DNA from: Monopterus albus
Lineage: Eukaryota
Reading direction: 5' to 3'
DNA: 19,970 nucleotides
Assembly: GCF_001952655.1 (NCBI RefSeq)
Contig: NW_018128417.1
Location: 11,996-31,965 of the forward strand
This document shows, piece after piece, positions 1 to 9,507 of this stretch (within the stretch, counting starts at the first letter, position 1; each line of letters opens with the position of its first letter). The translations under genes and the position numbers were made by a program. The notes beneath the pieces are model-generated. The model did no database searches, was not told where the DNA came from, and worked only from the letters and a program-made list of their open reading frames with translations.

Positions 1-175
1 ATATATATATTTGGGTAGCCTCTAGAACATTCTTCCCTGCCTGGTTTGTTGGACTTTGTTTGGCAGCTTTGACACTGACATACTGTAGCTCTCCATCGCG
101 CCTAAGAATGCCAGCTGTTAGGTCAGCTCTGCAGCGCACACGGTCAATCAGCACGTGATCAAACACCTGTTTCCT

Positions 176-228
176 GTACGTAGATTGTTTATATTGTAAA
201 TATAATAATAAACGTGAATCCACTGTGT
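176..228. repeat. 53-bp direct repeat, copy 1 (gtacgtagattgtttatattgtaaatataataataaacgtgaatccactgtgt)
   Basis: Seen directly. Near-identical 53-mer recurs at 646-698 with 2 mismatches; the two copies lie 470 bp apart. Confidence 0.85.
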
Positions 229-645
229 ACTCGTATGCAACTTTATTAGCAGCTTCCTCGTAACATTGCGCCAACAACATAACATGAGTATAACATCAAA
301 GTCTCTAGTAACATCCTCTCTGCCCCCTAAATAAATTATAAAAAAAATTGTCACAATTCCGAGGTCGGGCTTTATAGCCTGTGAGGGTTTGGATGTCCCT
401 CCAGAGACTCTGTGCATCTCTAGTGTTGCTGAAGTGTACAGATATTTTCTTGTTGTATTGACATTTTGCCTCCCTGATTCCATGGGACAGGTTGGCTCTT
501 GCTGTTGCTAGGCCTGCGGTGTCACCGGCCCTAACGACTGCATCCAAAGCCCTCAAGAGTCTATGAACCTCACCTGTCATCCATGGCTTCTGGTTAGCAT
601 GAAAATAATATTTTTGTGGGTGACATCATCAATGCATACGTAGGG
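229..645 (-). mobile_element. Non-LTR retrotransposon (L2/CR1-clade-like) ORF2 N-terminal-region fragment
   Basis: Minus ORF 305..580 encodes ...TARANLSHGIREAKCQYNKKISVHFSNTRDAQSLWRDIQTLTGYKARP. From memory this matches the conserved ..AYRxARxxLxRxIRxAKxxYxxKIExxF..DPRSMWQGIxAITDYK segment upstream of the RT domain in fish LINE ORF2. No RT or endonuclease domain is present, so it is a fragment. Confidence 0.45.
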
Positions 646-698
646 GTACGTAGATTGTTTATATTGTTAGTATAATAATAAACGTGAATCCACTGTGT
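646..698. repeat. 53-bp direct repeat, copy 2
   Basis: Seen directly; pairs with 176-228. Confidence 0.85.
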
Positions 699-727
699 TG
701 AAATTTTTAACTCTCCATAACGCTAAA

Positions 728-1411
728 TCAATGGGAGCCCTGAACTTGTTTCTCTGCAACGAGATGGTCCCATCTGGGGGTAATAGGAGACAATGACACC
801 CGAAGTGTGTTGCTTATGTTCAGTCTACTCCGTTGTTTTGTTTTGGTTGCTGTCACTGCAGAAAAACCTGCTTCACACAGATAGGATGTCGGAAATGGCA
901 ACAGGGTTTTCAGTGCTGTGGTGGCGATCTCAGGGTATTCTGTCATGACTTTAATCCAGAACACCGGCAGAGTTGTTGTCTCGAACATACTTTTAAGGCC
1001 GCCGTCATTTGCGATCTCCAGCAGTTGATCTTCTTCTTGCACAGACCTGCTGGATTCACCTGGTTTGTTGACAAATGGGTTGCGGATCCCTTCCTTGGCA
1101 GTTCGTGGGTCCTTTGTGGTTGGGAAGTAGCGCTCGAACTCTTTTAAAGGCAAAGACAGGTGATCGTGCACCAGCTGGGAGAATGAAGACTCAGGCTCAG
1201 TGTCACCCCAAATCCCCGCTAATGTTTGAAACATGTCCAAAATGCCTCTGTTGACGCGCCGTCCCCACAAATCCAGTTTGGCTTTAAATGCAGCTACTTT
1301 ATCTGCCAACTTGAAGACAGTTGTCATTTTCCCCTGAAGTGACAGATTGAGTTCATTGAGCAGGCTGAATATGTTGCACAAGTAATCCAGTTTTGGCGCT
1401 GAAGTGACCAA
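728..1411 (-). pseudogene. hAT (Charlie/ZBED5-like) transposase, C-terminal hATC dimerisation-domain portion only (227 uninterrupted codons)
   Basis: Translation KEFERYFP...NPFVNKPGESS...LLEIANDGGLKSMFETTTLPVFWIKVMTEYPEIATTALKTLLPFPTSYLCEAGFSAVTATKTKQRSRLNISNTLRVSLSPITPRWDHLVAEK is the characteristic C-terminal region of hAT-Charlie transposases and their domesticated ZBED5/FAM200/GTF2IRD2-like relatives. The N-terminal BED finger and catalytic core are absent; upstream of codon 1 there is only about 150 bp before the TIR. Confidence 0.7.
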
Positions 1412-1553
1412 GATGTAACCGAGATAATGCGGTCATTTTTCAAAATAAAAGATCGTTCAGATTCAGATAATAAATAAAACGGAAATACTTAATGATTTCT
1501 TGTGCGGCCCGGTACCAATTGATCCACGGACCGGTACCGGTCTGCGGCCCGGG

Positions 1554-1568
1554 GGTTGGGGACCACTG
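1554..1568 (-). repeat. hAT-Charlie terminal inverted repeat (CAGTGGTCCCCAACC on minus strand)
   Basis: Seen in sequence. Starts with CAG as hAT TIRs do. Putative 8-bp target-site sequence ttctagtg at 1569-1576 cannot be verified without the other end. Confidence 0.55.
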
Positions 1569-2628
1569 TTCTAGTGAACACAAGCTTCACCTCAAACATT
1601 TATTACAAGCAGGCACATCTGTAAAATCCCCAACATACATCTAAAGATGCAACCCCCTGCTGCGCAACAGGAAGAAATCTTTGACTTTTCCTCTAACATA
1701 TGGGAGGGAACTCAGTGTGACCGAAACACAGATTGTTGAGGCCCGAGTCTGCAGGTGGGACAAGAGGAAGCAGCTAGCATGGATATGCTCACTATTCACA
1801 CACACACAAATTACTTTGTCATTGCACTGACCGAAAATTATGAACACAAAAATGTAGAAGTAACACAATGGTATGCGAGCTTCAATTTCACACGTTTCTA
1901 GCCTCTATGGCTTTTCATAAATTCTAGCAGCCCTGAAGTGTATTAAGAAATGAACACATTGTATTGGACTTGTTTGAGCTGTACACGTTTAAATAAATCA
2001 ATCCTGCAAAACTGGTTGTATAGGATAAAAAAGAAGAAATATTAAGACACTCAAACATTATTTAAAGATTTTAATACTGTTCACGACCAGACACACAAAC
2101 AGTATCAGCAACAACCATAACAAGGAAAAAGAGACACTTGATAAAGCTAAATGCATAATAGTGCAGATCTGTTATATGTGATTAACTTCTGTAATTTCTC
2201 TTGGCCAAACTTGATCACCAAAGTAAGAGATCATAAAGCACCCTGTCAGCTGCTGATCATAGAAATGTAAAGCTGATATTTAAAAAATAAATTTCAGGAA
2301 GTGGTTCTTCTCTTTAGATCTACAAAACCAGTGTCAGACCAAACAAATACACCCCCCCATTAAAAACTAAAACAAGCGGTAAAACGGCCTCCTTATCTTA
2401 AAACTGTAATTTGTTCAAATTCTTTAGTGTAAATCTTGCCAAGTGTAGCGGAGTTATAATTCCATTTGCCATAACCCAAATAATTTGTTGCAATGGCATT
2501 TTATTTTGTTACTCCCTCCAGAAGTGAGATGTGTGTGGTGGTAATAGATTGGGGTGCCCCTGCAAACTTGAGGGGGTGCAGCCCGTGCTGCTTCCTTACT
2601 TATAATAAGGAAGCGTGGTTCAATTGGC

Positions 2629-2790
2629 GCCAGTCTGCCATACACTCTCATGGAGGTAAGTTGCGTTCGCTGCTGCTATACTAGCATAGCATGACAATTG
2701 GTACCTAAGTCTAAAACTGTTTTTGTTCCCTTTTAGTTAATTTGAATGCAACGGAGCTAAAGCTGTGCTGTTTTATGTTCTCTGTACCAG
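2629..2790 (+). repeat. Exon-like duplicated unit, copy A (27 bp + 81-bp GTAAGT..TTTTAG intron-like segment + 54 bp)
   Basis: 2629-2655 and 2737-2790 recur contiguously at 2823-2903. The intervening 2656-2736 starts GTAAGT and ends with a polypyrimidine run plus TTTTAG. Confidence 0.7.
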
Positions 2791-2822
2791 GTATTGTGCA
2801 TTTTAATTTATTTTATACACAG

Positions 2823-2903
2823 GCCAGTCTGCCATACACTCTCACGGAGTTAATTTGAATGCAATGGAGCTTAGGCTGTGCTGTTTTATGTTCTCTGTAC
2901 CAG
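2823..2903 (+). repeat. Exon-like duplicated unit, copy B (no intervening segment), followed by AATAAA at 2905-2910
   Basis: 81 bp co-linear with the two halves of copy A at ~90% identity. Separated from copy A by a 32-bp GT..AG spacer (2791-2822). Confidence 0.7.
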
Positions 2904-3402
2904 AAATAAAGACATTTGTAGCTGAAAGATTGTCTCCAGCCGGGTTAATCACAACGCAGAGTACCTCGACACGGATGTGACGAAATCATTCCGCTACACA
3001 AGCACGTGTAATACCCACAGTATTTAAGGTATTTGCTTTTCCATTAGATATTTCAAAAAGTTTTTGTGCAGCCAATTCTAGAACAAACTCTCACAAAAAC
3101 TAAAATGAAGTGAAAAACACATGCTAGTTTGTCTTCTAGCTAAATCTTACTCGACAGGTATTACAGTACGCAGATATTGTTGCTTCAGGACCTGGGCTAA
3201 ATGGTAAAACATGTAAACTTAGTGACAAAGAGTGACTGTGGCTTCGACACGTGCTATCTAAATGACCACTTAGAAAAACTGCTTCACTCTATTTAATCCG
3301 TTTGTGTTTTCTGCTTTTTGAACTTACAGCCTACAATAAAGATGCTTAAAGGCAGCTGTATATCTAAACAAAAGCAATCAGGTTACTTAGGTATAACCAG
3401 TC

Positions 3403-3665
3403 ATGCAGCATCAGATTTCTCCAACTACTCCAACCTGGTTTTTTTGGTTCCTTCGGCTGCTCCCTGCCAGCATCAAATACATTAAGTATCTGATGCTGGA
3501 TGCCAATCCTGACAAGTTAAAAGCCACCAGTCAACCCAAGATGCATGTTTTTGGACTATGGAGTACCCGGAGAGGACCCATGCAGCAATGGTGATATATA
3601 CAAACTCCACTCAGAAAAGTCAGCCAGAAGGTTCAAACGTGGAACCTTCTTGCTGTTAAGTCTAG
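3403..3665 (-). mobile_element. tRNA-derived SINE fragment with Deu-type central domain, 5' head truncated
   Basis: Contains ..catgtttttggactatggagtacccggagaggacccatgcagcaatgg...caaactccactcagaaaag...ggaaccttcttgctgttaag. From memory this is colinear with the widespread teleost SINE core (..ggagtacccggagaaaacccacgcag..gagaacatgcaaactccacacagaaagg..gaacccaggaccttcttgctgtgagg..). The tRNA head would lie at the high-coordinate end and is missing. Confidence 0.5.
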
Positions 3666-3971
3666 TCCAGCGTGGACGTATCTAACATTTGTTCAGTGGA
3701 GACAGCCCTACAGTACATAGACTTCCAAAGGCTATGGTTTTAGTTTAACAGATATTGGATGGGGTTATTTTGAACCCGAGGATGGACTGAACCGGAAACT
3801 GTAGCCACTTATCAGTGGTCAAAAGACATGGCAACCACTATTGTAATCTGATGAGACAGACAAGGCAGATGTTTCCAGTAAGATCTGGAAACCTGTACTG
3901 AAACCTTTTCACAGTGAATGCTAATGCCCTGTGCCCAGTGGAAAACACCTGGCTATGTAAATCTTTGGTCA

Positions 3972-3977
3972 TTTATT
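3972..3977 (-). promoter_or_regulatory. Candidate polyadenylation signal (AATAAA on minus strand) for the VWA5A-like gene
   Basis: Plus tttatt at 3972-3977, about 270 nt downstream (minus sense) of the stop at 4245-4247. Confidence 0.35.
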
Positions 3978-4244
3978 TCACCTTAACTGTTTTTTTATGT
4001 CCCTATAAAACAAACATACAGCATGTCTTAAAAACAAGATGATTAAAAGCTCAGTTATTGTGTATGTAGCCTATCAGGAATCAGGTTACAGCAGAAAGCC
4101 AACTGTATTTTGCCATGTACGGGCATGGATTTGCACCGACAAAGTTCAAAGAACTTTAGACAAAGAAATGCTGCGTATCTATGTAAGAAAAGCTACAAGA
4201 TCATCTCAGGCTCGTCTCTCTCTCACACCATCTTGTCTTCATGC

Positions 4245-4452
4245 TCAGTGGACAAGTAGAGGGGCTGTGGTCAGCTGCAGGTTCAATCCCCTGAGAGGTG
4301 AGAAGGGAGGCAGGTCTTCGTAGCCCAACAGCTGACGGGTGGATGCCTCCCAGCTCCAACCAAACTCCAGCCGGCTGTAGGCACATGGGTACTGCCGGTC
4401 AGCCCAGCAAACCCAGTCCACCGCCCTCTTCACCTCCTCCCAGTGCTCAGAC
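4245..4452 (-). CDS. VWA5A-like gene, terminal coding exon (..SEHWEEVKRAVDWVCWADRQYPCAYSRLEFGWSWEASTRQLLGYEDLPPFSPLRGLNLQLTTAPLLVH*)
   Basis: Acceptor ctttctctaccag|GTCTGAG at 4453-4454. The frame continues from the previous exon (..CCT AG|G TCT..). The segment KCEWELLERKAVAWMRAH from my recollection of human VWA5A aligns with SEHWEEVKRAVDWVCWAD. Stop TGA at 4245-4247. Confidence 0.55.
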
Positions 4453-4599
4453 CTGGTAGAGAAAGTCAGACATTATCAAAGGAGGAAGCTGCTCTGAGAA
4501 CAGTTGGCCGGGTTTACAAAATCATCCAGAGCAAACAGATTAAATAAATTATGATACTTTAACAACCTGGCATTATTATTTATATGCATTTCTTTTATA

Positions 4600-5230
4600 A
4601 GGTGTGCTTTATGGGACATTGGAATTTATCACATTTACAAAAAGAACTGATACTTTGATCGATTCTTCTTACAGATCAGTTTCTCCTCTGATGCCACAAG
4701 TGTTCATGTTTGATTTCTCCACTGCTCTATGTTTGTACCTTATTTGGACTACTGTGTTGAGTGTTGGGGAAATACATACAAAGCGCATTATGCTCATTAT
4801 TTAAACTACAGAAAAGGGCCATTAGAATTGTTCATGGACTTGGTTATAGGGATCATACAAATTCATCATTTGCACATTCAGGATTTTTAAAATTTTTTGA
4901 CTTAGTAAAATACAAATCTGCTGTATTTATGTATAAAGTCAGATATAATTTGGTGGCAAGTGTTATTCGGGGTCTGGTGATCGAGAGGGTGGTTATGGAT
5001 TGAGGGGCCACTTAAATTTAAAAACTCAGGCCATACGTACAACTAGGAAAAGTTTTTGTATATCTGTGAGTGGTGTAAAATTATGGAATAGATTGGGTGA
5101 TGATTTAAAACAATGTACAAGTGTAAAACAATTTAAGAATAAATATAAAAAGGCCTGCATAGCTGGGTATTGTTTTAAGTTATTATCGGTGTATTTATGG
5201 GTGGGATATGAATAATTTATTGTTTATCAT
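4600..5230 (+). mobile_element. Non-LTR retrotransposon ORF2 C-terminal / 3' tail fragment (RTE/Rex3- or L2-like), frameshifted
   Basis: Three consecutive plus ORFs (..KLQKRAIRIVHGLGYRDHTNSSFAHSGFLKFFDLVKYKSAVFMYKVRYNLV.. / ..RGHLNLKTQAIRTTRKSFCISVSGVKLWNRLGDDLKQCTSVKQFKNKYKK..). The pattern ..TN..F..LKFxDLVK..K...GxKLWN.L....K is typical of the extreme C-terminus of fish LINE ORF2. Confidence 0.45.
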
Positions 5231-5496
5231 TTGTTTGCCAATTATGTAAATGTGATTTGTGGTTAGAAGGAATGTAGTAATTTGGTGGTTGCGGGAATTT
5301 AACCAGTGTAGTCGTTTAGTTAAATATTTGGGTTGTGTCAACCATAGTTTGGATCACTAGGGGTAGAACTAGATAAGTATTACTTCTTTCTACTCCCTTG
5401 CAAGCATGTAATGACTAATCATCATCAAGAGAAATTTCTATTTTTTTGGTTGTATATGGTAATTGGTTTGGTTGTTTTGTGTTACATGTTGATTTC

Positions 5497-5560
5497 TTTT
5501 TTTTTTTTTTCTCTGTTTCTCTGTTTTATTACATGCTTGGAATAAATAAATAAATAAATT
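5497..5560. repeat. Simple repeats: T14 homopolymer (5497-5510) and (AAAT)5 microsatellite (5541-5560)
   Basis: Seen directly. Confidence 0.9.
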
Positions 5561-5619
5561 TTGGATTGATCACGTCTTGTATTTTCTGTGACTTTTTTTG
5601 ATCTAATTTAGGTTGTAAC

Positions 5620-5700
5620 CAGTGGTGGAATGTAACTAAGTACATTTACTCAAGTACTTCTTTTTTGAGGTACTTGTACTTTGAGTATTTTCTTCTCATG
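5620..5700 (+). mobile_element. Tol2-like hAT terminal fragment (CAGTGGTGGAATGTAACTAAGTACATTTACTCAAGTAC...GAGGTACTTGTACTTTGAGTA)
   Basis: Starts CAG and carries repeated AAGTAC / TACTCAAGTA subterminal motifs like Tol2-type hAT ends. Another TTTACTCAAGTAAAG occurs at ~5895. I found no matching opposite TIR. Confidence 0.25.
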
Positions 5701-6068
5701 CCAATAAATATACAGCTAATACTTTTTATTAAACTACATTTAAATAAGAGATTGAGTTACTTTACAAATCAAGATTTTTTTGCAGACAAAACATGGCAAC
5801 TATTTTGATAAATACTGATGTAATTTTTCATGACAAAGTGCTATTGTCATATTTCCTGTATTTCATGGCTCCAGCTCCTCAGATATGAAAAAGCAAAGAG
5901 GAGTTTTACTCAAGTAAAGGATCTGAATACTTCATCCTCCACTTTTCAACACGTATTTTGGCTGCACATTGAACCTTTGAGACTAGACTAAGGATGTGTT
6001 TTTAAAAATACTTAGAAAGGCATTTATTTTACATTGCTTTACATTGTTGTGACTAGCTGAGGACTGAC

Positions 6069-6201
6069 CTAGGCTGAGAGGAGTCGTCCAGGCGGAAGAG
6101 GGTGTGCAGCAGTTTGCCTTCCTCCAGCCTCTCCACCCTCATCAGCTGCAGAACCAGGAGAGTCGCCAGTAACCTCAGGATATCCGCATGGGCCCTCACA
6201 C
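6069..6201 (-). CDS. VWA5A-like gene, penultimate coding exon (..VRAHADILRLLATLLVLQLMRVERLEEGKLLHTLFRLDDSSQP..)
   Basis: Acceptor tgtgttgtgcag|GT.. at 6202-6203. Donor CCTAG|gtcagt at 6067-6068. Open in one frame only, and phase-compatible with both neighbours. Confidence 0.55.
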
Positions 6202-6637
6202 CTGCACAACACACATGGTTTTAACACTGGTGGGAACCAAAGCTCCAGTCCCGGTTGAGATGTCTGTACTAGTTATTAACAACAGGCCACACTGACAAAA
6301 ACTGAACTGTTTGCTATGTCACAACTTCACAAGTACAGAAGATCCCAGTACAAACCGGCCACAGTAACATTTACTACATAGGAAAAGATGTTATTCATGT
6401 GCTTTTTACAATCTAGGCTGATTGTACCACTTCTTTACTGGCTGATGATGCTGTTAAAGCAGAACTGTGAGAACTAACCTGTTCACACAATGAAATTGGA
6501 AAATTGGCGCCAGCTTTCAGGTAATGGTAGTATTTCTAGTAATGATGGCTCTTCTAACCTTACTTTGAATCATGATTTTGCACTGAATATGCAACGTTTC
6601 ATTAGGTTTTTGTCGTACAGGTTCTGTGAGCTCTCAC

Positions 6638-6740
6638 CTAGAGAACGGATGCCCTTGTTTTGCAGGTACACGTTGGCAAAGAGATCTACGTCAACATTTA
6701 TGGATTCACCCAGCTCTGTGGTTAACTCCCAGTAGCCCTC
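6638..6740 (-). CDS. VWA5A-like gene, coding exon (EGYWELTTELGESINVDVDLFANVYLQNKGIRSL)
   Basis: Acceptor gtgtgttgcag|GAGGGC at 6741-6742. Donor TCTCTAG|gtgaga at 6636-6637. Aligns to the recalled human VWA5A segment NGSWDLNEDLAKILGMSLEEI. Confidence 0.55.
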
Positions 6741-7124
6741 CTGCAACACACATTACAGGTTTTCCCTTCATTCAAGCTTAAAACAGTTTTTCATGAATAT
6801 ACTGTCAATAACAATGTAGATTGCAACAAATATGTCCCACATGATCATGCATCTCTGCGCCAGGCCATCTGAAAATGAACACTAAACCAACACAATGAGT
6901 GACAGAAATAATATACTGTAATCCACTTAGTTTGAATAAAACAAGTCCTCTTAATTTCACAGTTTCAGCCTATTAGACTAAACAGGTATGTGTCTCAAAC
7001 ACATTCATGGCAGTAAAAGAAGAGACACAGCTAATAAAATTCTTTGGGGCAGCAACAATGACAACATTACTTTCATACAACTATACATGTGCTGTAAATG
7101 AAGCTAGGCCATTATTAATGTTAA

Positions 7125-7500
7125 TCAAATTAACTCCTCCACACTGACCATGGTTTGTTGGCACAACACTGGTTTTTCCAGCCTTTCTGAGTAGCTCCTC
7201 TTTGCTACTCTGATCTCCTTTGTCAGTGTGTTTCTAGCCTGCTTATACAGGGTCCTGTCCCCATTCTTGTAGGCCTCCTCTTTTGCGTGACAGAGCTGTT
7301 TGAGCTTCACTGTGAACCAAGGTTTAATGTATGTGCAGACAGTCTTAATGGAGGCACACACACACATGTCCTCACAGAAACTGATATAGTCAGTAAACTC
7401 ATCCAGGTCTGTATCTGCAGCCACAATAACACCCCAGTCTGTACAGTCAAAGCAGGCCTGTAGCAATGCTTGTCACCCAAACTGAGTCTGCTCACAGACA
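7125..7500 (-). mobile_element. Non-LTR retrotransposon ORF2 N-terminal-region fragment (family distinct from the 229-645 fragment)
   Basis: Minus ORF ..ACFDCTDWGVIVAADTDLDEFTDYISFCEDMC...IKPWFTVKLKQLCHAKEEAYKNGDRTLYKQARNTLTKEIRVAKRSYSERLE.. From memory this matches the ..CFDCTDW..F...DLDE.TD.V.SYI.FCED...P.K....N.KPW.T..I..L...K..AF..GD...YK.AR..L...I..AK..Y..KLE block of fish LINE ORF2. Confidence 0.5.
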
Positions 7501-7590
7501 CACGCTGTCTGGTTCACTCAATCACAACATTGTTAACAAAAGGTTTGAGTCTTCGAACAGAGTTGGTGGTAACAAAAATCAAAGCTGATA

Positions 7591-8808
7591 CAGTGGAACC
7601 TTGGATTGCGAGTACCCCGGTTTGCGAGTGTTTTGCAAGACGAGTGTAGTGGTTAAAAATAAACAAGGTTCCAGAGGTAATATGTAATAGAACAGTATGC
7701 ACTTCATATATAGATATTATTTGTAATAGTTATGTAAGGCTGAGCTAAGTGTTTACAGAAGCTTGATCTGTTTCTTGCGCAAGCAAGAATATCTTGGGCT
7801 GTGTCCCCATTGTTTAACCTATGGGTCAACATCCCGAGTGACTTCCTCCTTAGATGGGGAATGGATAGCTGCAGCCTTATGTGAACTGTTCGTGTGCTCT
7901 GTTCAGGTTTAGAAAAAGGAAATGTGCGCTAGGTCAATGCGACCTAGAAGTTCATGTACTAGACATTTTTAGACAATGCTCGGAAGAAGTTTTGTGTGGG
8001 TAGCTGGCATGAGACTGTGTCTCATGCTCAGGCCATGGAAGGCTGTATAAGTGCAAGCAGATAAAAGGCTAGGATAGCTGGGTTAGAGCAGAAGAATTGA
8101 GGATGACAATGCCACTGTGAAAAGTGTTCCGGGGACCCAGGCCTGGGTGGGGAAACAAACTCAGGACTATGAACTCTGACTGACGGTACCTCGTGACCAA
8201 CAACAACTGACTGGACTGACTGGCGCTTTGACAATCTTCTTATTTAATACTTTATCTATCACATTGCAGGAGGAGTGACTCTGGTCTCCGTTCTCTGTTC
8301 CCTATCAGATCTTCTGTTTCACTATTACTCTGTTCAGAATAATTGTAATATTAAATGGTCATTTAAATTGGGATGATTTGTCTGAATTAATTTAGTCGGC
8401 TTCACACTCTAGCCATGACACAAGCAAAAACATTTTGATTCGATATACGAGTGAGGTCTCGCAATATGAGTAGTACGTACACTTTGTCTGCCGAGCATCA
8501 CGTGACGCAAGTCATAACTGAGCCGATGGTTCTCGCGCTTCACTCGTATAGTCAATATCTATACTGCAACAATGGCCCCTCACGCCAGCCACGATTCTTT
8601 TCAAAGGTCAAGTGCAGGTTAATGTTTTATTTTTACTTTATACTGTATTTTTTATTACTGTAATCATTTTTATATGGATAAGTGGGTGTGGAACGAATCA
8701 TCTGAGTTTCCATTATTTCTTATGGGAAAATTCGCTTTGATATACGGTTGCTTTGAATTACGAGCACATTGCTGGAATGAATTATACTCGCAATCCAAGG
8801 TTCCACTG
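7591..8808. mobile_element. Non-autonomous Tc1/mariner-superfamily DNA transposon (1218 bp) with perfect 24-bp TIRs and flanking TA
   Basis: Left end 7591 CAGTGGAACCTTGGATTGCGAGTA. Right end 8785-8808 TACTCGCAATCCAAGGTTCCACTG is its exact reverse complement. TA at 7589-7590 and 8809-8810. No transposase-like ORF inside. Subterminal ..ttgcgagtg.. / ..cgcaatatgag.. repeats. Confidence 0.65.
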
Positions 8809-9507
8809 TATTTTACTTGCCAGCAGGACATGCAAACTGTTCATTTATTCACACACCTGCACCTGCACCTGAATGAAATGCATCCATGATCCATGTTTTT
8901 AATTTCATCTGTTCAGTAGAAATGCTCACGTAGACCCATTAAAAATGCAAAATCTCTTACTGAATGCTGCATCTGGAAGATCTTTGTCCATTTGTGCGTT
9001 AGTGTTTCCGGATCAGCTGGTGTCATCCTGAAACAGCACAGTCACAACAGGACACTTGTCAGTGTGACAGCTGATGTATAATAAAAACGCATATGCCCAG
9101 GGATGTAAAGAAAACCACACACTTCAGCTGACTTGCTCTTCCTTCCACATGCATAAATGCACATATACAGAGAACACACAAAAACACCCTTCAGTCCACC
9201 AGCTAGTTAACAGCTGATTTCCTCTGGTCAGCTAAAGCCTTGTCAGCATTTAAAATGAGTACTCTGGCAACACTAATTGTTTTAAAAAACTTTTAATCAG
9301 ATTTTCTAAATAGAAGCATATTTAAAAAATGTATTATTCTAGGACTCACTCCACATCCAGTGCGTCCAGCACACCTGAAGTCTGAGGACATATTAGGGAT
9401 AACCTCTTCCTCCTTAAAACAGATGGACGTGCATCTCCAACATGTTCAGGTTCCCTCTGGGCCAGTCCGAATCCAAAACAAGAACGTGGTGGTTGAATTT
9501 TCTCTAC

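Larger units (their letters stand above)
699..1568 (-). mobile_element. Internally deleted hAT-Charlie element (5' TIR plus C-terminal transposase remnant); 3' boundary undefined
   Basis: Plus 1554-1568 GGTTGGGGACCACTG is the reverse complement of CAGTGGTCCCCAACC. This is followed on the element strand by GGGCCGCAGACCGGTACCGGTCCGTGGATC.., the Charlie-type terminal motif (CAGGGGTCCCCAACC...GGACCGGT). I could not find a matching 3' TIR, so the low-coordinate end is probably truncated or overwritten. Confidence 0.6.

Noticed and set aside
148-483. Minus 111-aa ORF spanning the 53-bp repeat and the LINE fragment
   Set aside because: It runs through non-coding repeat sequence and a different frame of the LINE remnant. 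It has no recognisable domain and is most likely a chance ORF.
833-1147. Plus-strand 104-aa cysteine-rich ORF (MFCFGCCHCRKTCF..)
   Set aside because: Antisense to the hAT transposase C-terminal ORF, which has clear homology. There is no independent support.
4039-4323. Plus-strand 94-aa ORF overlapping the last VWA5A-like exon
   Set aside because: Antisense to an exon that is supported by splice signals, phase continuity and recalled homology. The plus-strand reading has no support.
6490-6735. Plus-strand 81-aa ORF (MKLENWRQLSGNGSISSNDGSS..)
   Set aside because: It overlaps a minus-strand exon (6638-6740) in antisense and the adjacent intron, and has no homology support.
8990-9075. Imperfect inverted repeat gatcagctggtgtca ... 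tgtgacagctgatg
   Set aside because: It is short (about 14 bp) and imperfect, with no flanking target duplication and no associated element, so it is within chance expectation.
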